Part shown: positions 1 through 12,835 of the stretch, in pieces
Numbering within the stretch: position 1 is the first letter of the stretch
How the letters are laid out: each line of letters opens with the position of its first letter
Assembly: GCF_006345805.1 (NCBI RefSeq)
Contig: NC_043003.1
Coordinates: 60,078,001 to 60,142,000 of the forward strand
Direction: 5' to 3'
Source of the DNA: Octopus sinensis
Taxonomy: Eukaryota
DNA: 64,000 bases
Notes under the pieces: generated by a model
What the model saw: only the letters and a program-made list of their open reading frames with translations
Told to the model about the DNA's origin: nothing
The model's database searches: none
Made by a program: the position numbers and the translations under genes

Positions 1-34
1 TCGAAAATTGATTTAGGCTGTTTACTCTTTTTCA

Positions 35-397
35 GGCGCAGGAGTGACTGCGTGGTAAGTAGGTTCCTTACGAACCACATGGTTCCGGGTTCAGCCCCAC
101 TGTGTGGCACCTTGGGCAAGTGTCTTCTACTATAGCCTCGGGCCGACCAAAGCCTTATGAGTGGATTTGGTAGACAGAAACTGAAAGAAGCCCGTCGTAT
201 ATATGTGTATATATGTATATATGTGTATATATTTATCCCCCCCCAGCATCGTTTGGCAACTGATTCTGGTGTGTTTACGTCCCCGTAACTTAGCAGTTCG
301 GCAAAAGAGACCGATAGAATAATACTAGGCTTGCAAAGAATAAGTCCTGTGGTCGATTTGCTCCACTCAAGGCGGTGCTCCAGTATGGTCACAGTCA
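35..397 (+). mobile_element. SINE family A (tRNA-like head, internal microsatellite), 3' tail truncated
   Basis: Head GGCGCAGGAGTG..GTGGTAAGT..GGTTCCGGGTTCAG, body CCTTGGGCAAGTGTCTTC, internal (TA/TG) tract, then GGCGGTGCTCCAG; same layout as 60318 and 62213 copies. Confidence 0.9.
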
Positions 398-421
398 TGG
401 TCCCTTTGTTCTGCTACTTCA

Positions 422-600
422 AAAGAGGAGAGCTATCGGGCAGCTAGCTGGTCATCTGGACACAAGATGGGGTCTGATCAGCCCCAGCTAGGTCACCTGG
501 AGGTGGGTGTATGATATTGAAACACCCGAAACACCCGATGATACGAGGCACATCACTAAAGATGTGTCCAGATGCATGTCATTGATGTACCTACACAACA
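422..600 (+). mobile_element. Probable 3' end of an RLE-type non-LTR retrotransposon (HERO-like)
   Basis: KRRAI peptide remnant, then GGTCACCTGG..GGGTGT..GAAACACCCGATGA..ACATCACTAAAGATGTGTCC, resembling HERO-type 3' UTRs as I recall them; not searched. Confidence 0.4.
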
Positions 601-2598
601 AAATATATATATATATATATAAATGAGGTGACACGCGCACAGATACATATAAAACATGTATATATACTTATGCTTGTATATTTGTGTATCTTTACTTATT
701 TATGATTGTGCATGTTGGTGTTCGTGCGTGTTTGAGCATGTAAATGTGTTTGTAAGCGTTCGTGTTAATCTTTAGAATGTTTGATATAGTATTTTTTCCC
801 TTTATTCTGCTACTTCATTTACGTTCAGTATCGGACAATGTTTCAGATGTAATGTGAACCGGAAAAATGGTGAAACATTTATGTCAACCAAGTACTAAAT
901 TCCACTCCGTTCTGCTATTAACTTATGTTTACAGGATACACTTTCACATACATATAGACGCTCATTAGCAAACACCCACCCACCCACACACACACACACG
1001 GACGTACATTAACACGCATGTGTATATGTAGAGGTATTTATATATATGTGAATATATATATAAATGTACATATACACGAATATACATGACTATGTATATA
1101 TGTGTGTGTATGTACCTAAGTATATTCATATATACTATCTATATTCATTTACACATACTCCCATATATATATATACGTATATAATTATTCACACACAGAC
1201 ACACATATATTTACATACAAGCACGCACCTACAACTATGTATATATATATATATATATATAAGGTGACACGCGCACTCATATATACACACTTATACATAT
1301 ATGTATGTATGTATTTGTGTGTATGTATGTGTGGATTGATGGATAGATGGATGGTTATATATGGCGTGAATGTACTGTGTGCTTGCTCGTAACAAATGTA
1401 ATGAAGATGTCTGTATGTTTCAATGTGATGTATTAATGTACGTATTTTTGGTGAAAGTCGAATCGTTTCTAGCGTGTGATTTCATTTGCAAGACGCTATA
1501 ATTACTTGTGATGCAGACTTCCGGTTAACTTATTTACCATAGAGCTATTCTTATAGCTATTGCTGTCTGGATCCACTTTAGTCTTCTACTGCGTAATTAC
1601 ACTTCACTCGTCGTATGCTCCCTGCCAAAGCTACGGAACCAGCAACGTTATTTCGTTTCCCGGTTTAGTTATTTCATTTCATTTACTACACTAACAGGAG
1701 ATTTCCGGCTGCAATAAATATCCCAGAATGGAATGTTGTTATGCTTAAGGTTGACCTTAACGCACTCTATGAAAGTGAAGAAGCTTTCTAAATACGGGTA
1801 GAATTTTTATATGGTTTGGAGGTAACAGTTGTGTTTTGCATTCTCTTCTAATGCCATTCCCATCACCACAAAGCATTATGGGAATATTAAAATAACTTGA
1901 ACTCTCGACCAATTTTATCGGATCCCACTTTCTACCGGAATAACCAGTGTCAAAATAAACCTTGGCGGGAGTTGAAATTAAAGATTCTTGTGGACTGTAA
2001 GAAGTAGGGGTGTTTCGGGGACTTCATATTCATTCGTCTACTCAGTTACACACATAGGATCGCCTAAACGTTATAGTAAAAGATACTTAGAGATGATCCA
2101 AATTGCGAGCCCTTTTTTGCGAATCAAACATTTTATCGCTGTCATCTGTACTTCCACACACATTGAATGATGCAATCCGAAGTACACTATAAAAACATGA
2201 CAATTGAATAGTCTTTACGCATTCTACCCTGAATAGACACGGATAGAATGAGTTTGATTATAGGTCGATGAAACTGAAAGCTCACAACATCATTTTGTAG
2301 TTATTAGAAAAAATCTTTATGTTATTTGCCTCTGGATTTAGTAGGTTCCACCCATCGATCACCAATAAGATAAATGGTTGTATGTCATCAGTGATGCGGT
2401 TTCAATACCAAACTAGAGCACATTACACCTCAGTTGATAATTGTTATTGTAAAAGCATATTTAGTGCAACTTCTGAGTTAGCCTTTCTGAAAGATTTCGT
2501 TGTATTTCGGGAAGGTCATTCTGGTGATAATAGACACACCACCCAGTTCTATTTCACTCGTTTTATTGCTATCATTCGTCAGTTAGTTTACATTTAAT

Positions 2599-2776
2599 CT
2601 ATTAACTAACCGATTATTTGATTAATCATCCGGTTGGGTACACAGAGCCGAACCAGACCTAGGTTAGAGAGGGCATCTCATTGATGGGGTTGAGAATAGC
2701 AACGAAAAGACTTTGACAAATCCAGCTGATTGTTTGATTAACCAGCCCATTAATCAAAGAATCAATTAGGTAATTG
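2599..2776. mobile_element. Possible old MITE
   Basis: About 28-bp imperfect terminal inverted repeats: CTATTAACTAACCGATTATTTGATTAAT vs reverse complement CAATTACCTAATTGATTCTTTGATTAAT. Confidence 0.35.
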
Positions 2777-3767
2777 TTTTCTTACTAATAAATTGACTAA
2801 TAACAATAATAATAGAGGTGACGTAAGCCAGTACGTCTGTTTATTATCGGCACAATAAGCTCCCGAGATACAACAAAACCAATTTTTGCATGAAATATCT
2901 CGATCAGCATTTTTGACCATAAGTTTTCAGTATTTTGATCAGTTAAGCAACCTGCTTATTGTATTAGCACATAGGCCGCAAAGAATTGCAGAGACAGTCG
3001 TACCTATAATATATTACTCAAGTAGAGTTAGTGTGTGTGAGAGTATATAACAAAACCACTGACACAATGGTACAATGAATCTGCTGTTCTGCTCGCCGCT
3101 GTTGGGAAGCTTTTCGTTTTCCTCCGATGTTTGTCTTTAAAACAGCACTTCTACAACAGATGTTATCTCAGGACAAATAATGAAGTAAATGGTCTATCGA
3201 AGGTATACATATACATTAGGTATTTTACATAGACGACTGTTCCAATTAAATACTATTTCAATTGCGTATATCAGATTTTTATTCAGTTGGGCACCTATTC
3301 ACAACATCAGTGAATGTTTTATTTTTGTTTCCTTTATCGGAGACGACAAATTTCCTTCAAGCATGTGGATGGCTGTGAAAACACTTTATTTAAAAAAACC
3401 CAAAAGACGACAATGCACCTAAGGTTTCGTCGGCCGCTGATGGTGCCATTTTCCGTCCATCTCCGATATCTATTGTATTTAATACACCACCTCCATAAGA
3501 GGTGATATCCTACGACTAAGAACTATGTTCACCTTATCAACGGTGATACATTAAGGTTGATACTCAGATGGCTACTTCTGTACTGTTTCCGCGCACCCAT
3601 TTACAGTTCACAAAGGCTTGGGGTGTGTAGGTGTTGTAGTAAGAGGCATTTTCCTAAGATAAGATAACCGCGTGATTGCTAAGCATACATCTATAACGCG
3701 CCTGTTCCTGAATGTATAAACTTTTCAGGGACATCATCTGCACGTAAAATAATAATTGTGATGCTAA

Positions 3768-4121
3768 AAGTGGCACTTGGTCGGTTACGACGACGAAGGT
3801 TCCAGTTGATCCGATCAACAGAACAAGCCTGCTCGTGAAATTAACGTGTAAGTGACTGAGCACTTCACAGACAGGTATACCCTTAACGGAGATTCAGCGT
3901 GACAACAGTGTGTGACAAGGCTGGCCCTTTGAAATACAGGTACAACGGAAACAGGAAGAAAGATTGAGAGAAAGTTGTGGTGAAAGAGTACAGCAGAGTT
4001 CGCCACCAGCCACTGCCGGAGCCTCGAGGCGCTTTAGGTGTTTTCGCCCGGTCTGGGAATCGAAACCGCGACCCTACGACCGCGAGTCCACTGCCCTAAC
4101 CACTGGGCCATTGCTCCTCCA
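3768..4121 (-). mobile_element. SINE group B (tRNA-like head GGAGGAGCAATGGCCCAGTGGTTAG), tail type 1
   Basis: Minus-strand A-box TGGCCCAGTGG and B-box GGTTTCGATTCC; middle shared with 15383 and 63325, tail shared with 38028. Confidence 0.85.
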
Positions 4122-4516
4122 CTTTCATGCTAATATATTGAATACATAGACATGGTATTAAAAGTGTTTGCACTAACTTCACTACTGGTGTCCGTGAATA
4201 GTTTACTTTTGCGAAGGTAAGAGACTGAGACAAAATATGACTGTCAATTTTCATGTCTGCTGCTAAATTTCAAATTATAATCGAAACTTTTAATCTCGAG
4301 GTTGTTATTTCTTCCTCTTCTAATTTCATAAATTATTGTGGAAGGGGACTGTTAACACCCCTCACTCGTAATATGAGGTTCATTTATCCAGAAGTAGTGG
4401 TCATGGGGCTTTAATGACCAGATGTGATCATATATACATCACAACGTTGTCTGATTCGCATCTGATACTCCGAGTAAAGGCGCACATCTTTCAATTGTGT
4501 TTCACATCCTATTCAA

Positions 4517-4517
<1 letters not shown>

Positions 4518-4571
<54 letters not shown>

Positions 4572-4664
4572 ATACTACTACTACTACAACAACAACTACT
4601 ACTACTACTGCTGCTGCTGCTACTACTACTACTACTACTACTACTACTATTACTACTGCTGCTG

Positions 4665-4705
<41 letters not shown>

Positions 4706-4728
4706 GCTACTACTACTACCAATACTAC
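4518..4728. repeat. (CTA)n microsatellite with CTG/CAA interruptions
   Basis: Direct read; source of the spurious poly-L/S/V ORFs. Confidence 0.97.
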
Positions 4729-6692
4729 CTCCATCCATATCTCATTTAATCTTGTGAAAGTACTTTGAATATTCGGCCAACCAGTTCTAGGTCGTGGAAT
4801 CAATTCCCAGACAGAGCCCTTCCTTTCACGTTGCTTCAGTCTACTCAACCTGAAAATTGATATTTGCGACACCTAGTGTTACTTGCATTGTCACCAGTAC
4901 TTCATTCGAAAGTATAGTTTTGACTTCAGCAGGATTTAAAGGCGGCGCATAACTAGGCATACGTATATGTCCAAGGACTTCCATTGGCCAGACCTGACAA
5001 TCGGCATCTGCATGCATATGTCTGGAAACAATTTTTTTTTTCTCGTAGAAAACTAATAGCTGTCCATACTTGAGAATTTCACCTTTCCGCGCTACTAATG
5101 TTATCCGAAGAAAAGGCTGCTACTCTTGGACCGATGCAGCTCGGCGCCAGTATCATTGTATAAATAAATACTTCCCGACACTCTACCGATTATGCCAAGT
5201 GATATTAGCGACAGTATATTGTCGTCAACTTTGTTTACAATGAGCATTACCATTTTGTCTGCATCAGAATAGACTGCAAAACAAAAGTTACAGATCAGTC
5301 AGAAAATATCGCTCTATTTAGATAAACAAAAGAATTTTAAAATAACGGTTTCCCAATACATGCCAGGAAACACCTGCACAAGTAATGAGATTGCATCTCA
5401 TGAGACTAGTTTGTTTTGTCACATGTGGAAAAAACAAATAAACTAAAAACCGCTATTCAAATAGGAACGAGATACGACACCCTCACTAAGATAATATGTA
5501 AATATGAAAAATTATTTGCAATAATATGATTGGTATTAATTTAACCCGCATCTGTGGAAAACAACTGTGAACTTTAGCAATGATTATTCATGATTACTTT
5601 GTATGATTCTCGAGCTCTCAGTTTCAAGAAATTAAACAGAAATTATCTTAGGCTAACTAACTACTATAGAGAGTAGTTATAATTAAGGCAACTTTGGATC
5701 AACAGCAAAAATACTTTCAAATGAGATTACTTGGAAATAACACACAGTAAATCGAATAACAGATGGCATTAAAGATTGCAGATGGTATAACAAATTTTGC
5801 ATCGTTTGAAAGAGGAGAAAATCTATAAAAGAATAAAAGATTAAAGAGGAAGCATGTTTTGTTTCTCTTGTGTGTTTCTCTCTTTCTAAGAATAAAATAT
5901 TGCCCCAAAAGATATGTGTGTAAAAAAACATTATGAGAATGTGTTCTCCCAATAGTAAGATAGTGTGGAGAGATATTTTAGTCGTATAAATTCTCGCTTT
6001 ATTACTGGAAAGATTGTTGCATGAGATAATATCACGAAGTCTTTGACTTTGCCATTCTTGGCAAGTTGCAATTGTGCTTCGAAGAAATCTTAAAATTATC
6101 ATAGCGACTAAAAATAATCTACATGAAATAATATTTTTGCTTTTAATTAATTTATTTTTCTATTTTCCTATTTTAAAGTTTTTTGTTTTCATTCGCATTT
6201 CTATAAATTGCGATATTCTTGTAAAAAATTAAAATTTTCTGACACTGTTTAGAAAGAGCATTTAAAATGTATAGAATTCAATTCTGAAATGACTAATTAT
6301 TTATCAATTAAACTCCGAATGAAAATGTTTCGTTATTTAGTTATTAAAATACAGCTAAAATTAGTTAAACCGTCGTTTTGCCTTCACTTCCCTTCGCTGT
6401 AACTTTTAATAACAAAGAAAAACTAAACAAAACAGAAAGCAACGAAGAAAAACAAAAGAAAATCGTCAAAAACAAAAGCACATTTTTAAAAATCGATAAT
6501 AGTAAGATTCTGACGTCGATTGTTATCGCCAGCAAAAGAATGCAAAACAAATACTGACTTTTAATTTTAGATTAGTTGGTGATTTTATGAAAAACACAAA
6601 AATAATGAGAACAATACAAAGATGTTTGGAGAGGAAAGCAAGGGTTGTTTGAAAACTAGCTAGGAGTAACAGAGTTACAGAGACAGGAATAG

Positions 6693-6694
<2 letters not shown>

Positions 6695-6744
<50 letters not shown>

Positions 6745-6770
6745 CAGAACATGCATACATACATACCTGC

Positions 6771-6818
<48 letters not shown>

Positions 6819-6819
6819 G

Positions 6820-6853
<34 letters not shown>

Positions 6854-6942
6854 TGTATCTATCTATCTATCTATCTATCTATCTCTTTATATATATACAT
6901 ATATATATATACATACATATATACACATGCACACGCACACAC

Positions 6943-7027
<85 letters not shown>
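6695..7027. repeat. Compound microsatellite (GA)n-(TA)n-(TG)n-(TATG)n-(TATC)n-(TA)n
   Basis: Direct read. Confidence 0.95.
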
Positions 7028-7029
<2 letters not shown>

Positions 7030-7392
7030 GGCGGCATTTTCTATATGAAAGAATACGGGGCGTGCAATTCATGTTTGAGATACGTAGAAGAATGCAAATA
7101 ACAAAACCGATTTTAATATAGATTTTTCACTGTTCTGACAAAATGCTGGAAAGAGGATATATGAGTGCTATATGTACCCTACGTTAGTTGCATGGGTTTG
7201 ATGATTACAGCTGCATGCTGTATGTTCTATTTTAAGTACGAGAAATCGCCTCCATTGTATATATGTATATATATATATATCAACTTTCGTATGTACTTTT
7301 GTCTGTGCATTTGTGTATATAAAAAGAATCAGACAGACAAACATATAGACAGAGATTTCGTATAATATACAAAGTGAGTATAAGACATTTAC

Positions 7393-7452
7393 AGGCGGTG
7401 CTCCAGCATGACCGCAGTCAAATGACTGAAACAAGTAAAAGAGTAAAAGAGT
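7393..7452 (+). mobile_element. SINE family A 3' tail only (5'-truncated insertion)
   Basis: AGGCGGTGCTCCAGCATGACCGCAGTCAAATGACTGAAACAAGTAAAAGAGTAAAAGAG. Confidence 0.85.
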
Positions 7453-9462
7453 AAGTAATGGGACATTCATGCTCTTTTCTTAAACTGTTTGTAAAGTAAT
7501 GATATTACATGTTGGTCAAAAAATGAGGTATTCTTCATTTTCATAATTTTTTTTTTCCATATATTACCTTTATAAGAATGGGATTCTTATAGTCTATTGC
7601 AGTTTTCAAGACAGAAATTTGAGACATCTTATCATATTGATAAGGCAACTCTCTACTACGTATTATGCCACAAGAGACATCTTGTCGAATTACTACAAGC
7701 TAATGCACAGTGCATCACTTCGTCTCACTTGTTTCCCAGAAAGGAAGTATATTTGTGTTCTAGACGGTACAAATTTATATAGACGTATATCTAGTTTCGT
7801 ATTTATGCAGTAAAACTTAGTCTCACGACATTCTGTGAGAATAGTGTATCTAGAACTACAATATCCCATGTTTTCCATGTTTTAAACTATGGCAAAGTTT
7901 GTTTTCTTAAATTTTGCTTCTTTCTTTACGTGATCGAAGAGTCCTGAATTTTTCACGGCGTTATGCGTTACATCGAATATACGATAGAGAGTCTTTCGCT
8001 TAATTGATAATCCAGCATTCTGTGTCTTGATTATCAATCACCGATTTATTTGTATGAAATTACTAAAACAATCATGGTGTTTAAATTTTTGCTAAAATAT
8101 CAGCTTAATTTCTGCTTTCATTGATGTTGTCATTATTATTATCATCTTTACTTCGTCATTGTTTTTGTCATCTATTATTTAATTAGGTAGGTGAAACAGC
8201 GCAAATGGGAAGTGGGTGATGAGACGGACAGCTGGACAACGGGGGAGGTTACATCAGGAAAATAAAAATTCAAGAGATGTCAGATAAAAGTTGAGAAATT
8301 GCATCAGATGTGCGCAGCGGATTGTTGGACGAAAAAAGTTAAAAGAAAAATAAGTAGAATGAAGTTTGATGTGAGCGCTTTGTCAAAGAAGAGTGATAAG
8401 CAAAGAAAGGAACAAGATAAGTAACGATACCTGTTTAGAGTATGCATGCATTTTTCGATTCCATTTAATTACACATTCAGAAATGAGCCTACATCTACTG
8501 TGATTTCTAGTCGAAGTCGATCATATCCTTTACTTTAATTCAAACAATAGAAATGTAAACTTCTGTATAGGGGAATAAAATAATTCACGCTAATAAATAT
8601 GTAAATGAATATTATTAGATGGTTTAGAATATCACAGTTTTTCCCATATCAAGCCTACTCTATCAACCGACATCTCAATCAAATTAATTTGCGGGAAAAC
8701 AATTTGTATATTTAGGTAGTGACGTATATTATACGCACATTCGCAAGAGCTGCACTCTAGGTGCTTTCAATTCAGTAATGCTGTCTTGAACATTTCCACT
8801 ATTCACCCTATCACTCATTTATATTTCTAATATTTCATCTAAACACCTAGAACATAAATTTATAGGTTGCATGACTGAAAGGTTTCAAATTCTGGTTTTG
8901 AATGGCTTTACGCTTCCAATACGCATTTTCTTTTTATAAGTAAATTACTTTAAATTTACCTCACTGTTCATTAGTTTTGCTCAGTAGAAGCAACGATCGC
9001 ATAATACGTATTGTACTTTTAATGCCTTATCCATTACTTCAGCGTATATATAGTATAATTAAAAACTATACTTTCAGCAACGCATAATCGGATTCACTCT
9101 TAAATCTGTCAAACAGTTCATGGCATTTGAGCAAATCTAACTGGATCATCTATTATTGCCAACAAAGTTTTTAAAACGTTATAACAGTTCCTACCGCTTG
9201 TGAAGGAAAATTTCACAACTTCTTTCTTCAATGATTGCAGATACCTGTACAACTTCAATGGTTTGGCAGCCTTTAGAAATAACGTCAGTCATGCTTGCAT
9301 CCTTCTGAAGTTGAACCAACGGAATTTTTTTAAATATAAATCGTCTAGAATGTTTCCCCTTTGAGTCAAACCTTTATGTTGAAATTGAAGGGACAATCAC
9401 TTTTAGAAGGCTTTCTTGCAAAGGTACCCCGAAATGTATCGATCTTAACTATTTCATTCGTA

Positions 9463-9680
9463 TACTCTCTTTACTCTTCAGTCATTTGACTGCGGCCATG
9501 CAGGAGTACCGCCTTTAGTCGAGCAAATATACTCCAGGACTTATTCTTTGTAAGCCTAGTACTTATTCCATCGGTCTCTTTTCCCGCACCGCTTAGTTAC
9601 GGGGACGTAAACACACCAGCATCAGTTGTCAAGCGATGGGGGGGGGACAAATACAGACACACAAACATATGAACACACAT

Positions 9681-9714
<34 letters not shown>

Positions 9715-9870
9715 GACGGGCTTCTTTCAGTTTCTTTCTACCAAATCCACTCACAAGGCTTTGGTCTGCCCGTGGCTATAGTAGAATATACTTGCCCAAG
9801 GTGCCACGCAGTGGGAATGAATCATGTGACTGGTAAGCAAGGTACTTACCATACAGCCACTCCTACGCCT
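9463..9870 (-). mobile_element. SINE family A, full length
   Basis: Reverse complement of head, body, internal (TA)n and tail. Confidence 0.92.
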
Positions 9871-10167
9871 AAAAGTATCGAGATTTATTTGAAAGGACGT
9901 CAACATTTTTCAAAATATGTTTTTCCAAAATGTTAACACAAATGCAATATGAACGGTGAATAATGTATGAAAAAGACACACAGTATCCGACGAGGACTTC
10001 GTAAAATAAACCAAGAACAATTCAAAGAAAGTGACGGTGAGAGAATGTTAAATGGCAAGCTCAGTTTTCATTCAACCCCATTCCAATTATTCCCCCCCCC
10101 CATATACAACTTAGGTGCTTGCACAAGTATGCACACGCGTGTCACCACTCCCCCACACATACATACG

Positions 10168-12020
10168 CATGAGTTCAACTTCCTTTCAGATTCTAAATAT
10201 TGGTAAATAAACCTTTGTAAAAGCGATCTAGACAAAATAAGTAAGCATATTTGCAACGACATCAACTCTGATACAGGAAGAGCAAAATGGGTGAGCCAAC
10301 ATGATTACAGTGTCACTGCAATCAATAAAGAATCTAGCAATTCACTCAGTTTTATAGTGTTGATTTCTATTCCTTCAGTATCAGACTCCATCTCCCTGAA
10401 ATTCTAAATTTTGGTAGAAAATCCACCACTGACGGTAGTCAATCCAATTTAACAATGACTCTTACTATGTACAAAGGAAGCGACCCAATGTTCAACATAT
10501 CGATCGTGAACTACGGCGAGGCCGAAGTTGTTGATCTTATCGGCTTAATTTTCTTGGATATCCAAGTCACCAAATTTCACCCCTGTACAAAAATTATGAT
10601 ACGTAGTTTGGAGAGAAGCAAGTACTGCTGTGGAGGAAAAGTTTATATTGCTAGGCGCTACGAACAAATTGTAATTACCCATTGGTATCAACAGAAGAAA
10701 TTCCAATCTATATGTTAATAGAAAAATCTTCAAATGACCCCACAGTACTATATTGAATAACTAGCAAGGAATGGCTTTAGTGATAAGCTAACGTGTATGG
10801 CAAGACATCTACCCACCCCAACCCAATTCCCGAATAAAAAAATATAAAGTTATTTTGTTCTAACCCACTATGCAATTTAAAGATTCCTACTAATATAGCT
10901 AAGAGCTACTTGGCGCGAATTAGAAAGCATTTCAAAAGATCTAACAGACATAAATTCTTTAATTCTCACACGGTTAATGATATCTACTCAAACTTAGAAA
11001 ATATCACTTCCAACAATGTGCGCTACATCAGAAGGAAACATTCACCTAAACAGTCTCCACTTTAACACTTCAAACTGTAACCGCTGTAATCATACTGCTC
11101 ACAGTCTTTAAGTAGGGTTCCTTATTCTTAAAGGCAGTAGCTTATAAAGTCTTCATTTACAAGTGGCATGATGTATTGCACGATATGCCTCGAAGATACA
11201 AGCAACACAAACACTACTTCAGGTGTATGCGTAGACTAAATTCCATTTCCCTGCATTTTACTTCATCTAGCAATTCGAGCGGCACCGAAACTTCTTTTCC
11301 AACACCTATGGAGAAGATCTGCCGTGGAGTCCCAAATCGCTAATTCTGCCTCTCTGAGAAACCGGCACATAATTCCTCACCTCGCAATATCCAGCAATAG
11401 GATAACCGCCCTCTCTGACTGCTTTCACTCGAAATGTGCTTTACGAAATAACTTCAATCATTGGCCACTGACAGTACAAATGACCTAGTTGACTCAAACA
11501 GAATGGAAGGGTCTATACAAATTCTTGCTGCCTTTAGAGAGAGATAACAGCCTGCTGTCACACATGTCAGTCACGTAAGTTCATGTATAATCTAAGAATA
11601 TCAAAACGGTTGCCTCCCCACGTAGAAAATACACCGTACAAAAATCCTTCTGACGCCTGCACACTCTCTTCTCTACCGCATGCAGCATCTCGTATAAAAA
11701 CCGATATCACTTAAATAAAATACCTCGCAGAATGGTGACTAAATTGTGCCAATATTCTGTCTACGATAAAACGTAGTCACTAAATCAAACTAACTTAGCT
11801 AAGATTGCTCAAGCAAACATGTGACCTGAAATGGTCATGGAGGCTTAAATATTCTAACATTCAAGCCATTTTAATTCTTTTTTATATTTTTGAATTGTCT
11901 TTACTGTGAATCCGAATATCAGAGGATGTGGATGTGTTTTGCACTCAGGAAAGTTTAAGTGATATGGACTAGAGTCAACTTATTAAATACCTAAAAAATC
12001 AACTAAAAGCCTTGAGTTCT
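10168..12020 (+). mobile_element. Decayed Penelope-like element, Naiad-type RT plus C-terminal GIY-YIG (coding remnant about 10168-11455)
   Basis: Ordered motifs across frameshifts: HEFNFLSDSKYW*INLCKSDLDKISKHI (cf. HKxNF..CRLINPxKSExGKISK); an FTQF..VDFY-like motif; DPMFNISIVNYGEAEVVDLIGL (cf. FDVTMGSYDGAEVCELVGL); YVNRKS; NPLCNLKIPTNIAKSYLARIRKHF..FNSHTV (cf. WFNPP..TNIG..FL..KHF); FCLSEK; degenerate hammerhead-like motif at 11799-11823; ends at a (TA)n tract. Confidence 0.8.
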
Positions 12021-12044
12021 ATATATATATATATAAATATATAT

Positions 12045-12085
<41 letters not shown>

Positions 12086-12382
12086 ATAATTATAAACATA
12101 ATTATAATTAGTGGTCAACTAATTGCTTCACCACATACCCAGGCCAAAAGTCAGCTGACACTAAATCAAAACCATTTAAATCCAAGATTTATATATGTTT
12201 AGAAACTGAGTGAATTTAATAAAAGCAGCTAAATATGAAACATCATGAAAATTATTCAAACTGAAGTCCTTGAGCGACACATTTTTCCATTCGAGTCAAT
12301 ACAGAATTACAGATAGTATTTATGGAATTTGATTTACTGTCGGGTGAGTTTTGGTCAGCCCTGTTTTTTAATGTATATATAA

Positions 12383-12418
<36 letters not shown>

Positions 12419-12424
12419 ACACAC

Positions 12425-12668
12425 TGTTGTGTCTAGGGAGAGTCGTTTTCTTTTCGCGCCTTATAATTTAATACACTCACCAGTAAAATTTCCACTTATT
12501 CCTTATTTTTATTTTCTTAAAATTTTCCTAGCGTCTTGACTATTGAAAAGGTTGCAAGACGCAACGAAAAGTTTAGGAAAATAAAAATAAGAAATACATG
12601 AAAATATCAGCGGTGAGTGTATTAAATTATAAGGCACAAAAAGAATATGACTCTCCCCAGACACAACA
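12425..12668. repeat. Long imperfect inverted repeat next to (TA)n, probably PLE pseudo-LTR derived
   Basis: TGTTGTGTCTAGGGAGAGTC..CCTTATAATTTAATACACTCACC pairs with GGTGAGTGTATTAAATTATAAGG..GACTCTCCCCAGACACAACA; apex near 12545. Confidence 0.85.
12540..12576 (+). ncRNA. Hammerhead-ribozyme-like motif, U3-A8 core variant
   Basis: CUA-UUGAAAA-G-GUUGC(AAGAC)GCAAC-GAAAA-GUU-UAG; stem I only 3 bp; the opposite arm keeps GAAAAUUUU. Confidence 0.5.
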
Positions 12669-12743
12669 AAATATGCTTCAACACGCGAACTCACATAAAG
12701 AATCTTGCAAACCAAATCCCAAAACGAAATAAATATATCTAGA

Positions 12744-12835
12744 AGATACTTAGTTAAAGTGCCACGCAGTGTTATTGAACCTGGGACCATGTGGTGGGAA
12801 ATCAAACTCCTTACCACATAGCCACGGCCGCGTCT
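12744..12835 (-). mobile_element. SINE family A head, diverged
   Basis: GTGCCACGCAGTG..GAACCTGGGACCATGTGG..CTTACCACATAGCCAC. Confidence 0.75.

Noticed and set aside
1500-2290. Possible minus-strand RTE RT relic (FIDL-like, RRLKW-like words)
   Set aside because: Motifs too short and decayed to support by eye; needs a profile search
3410-3510. Possible minus-strand exon (DITSYGGGVLNTIDIGDGRKMAPSAADETL)
   Set aside because: Weak splice sites, no homology, and phase incompatible with the 5083-5273 candidate
9050-9330. Possible DNA-transposase relic on the minus strand
   Set aside because: Only a vague ERS-like word, with multiple stops
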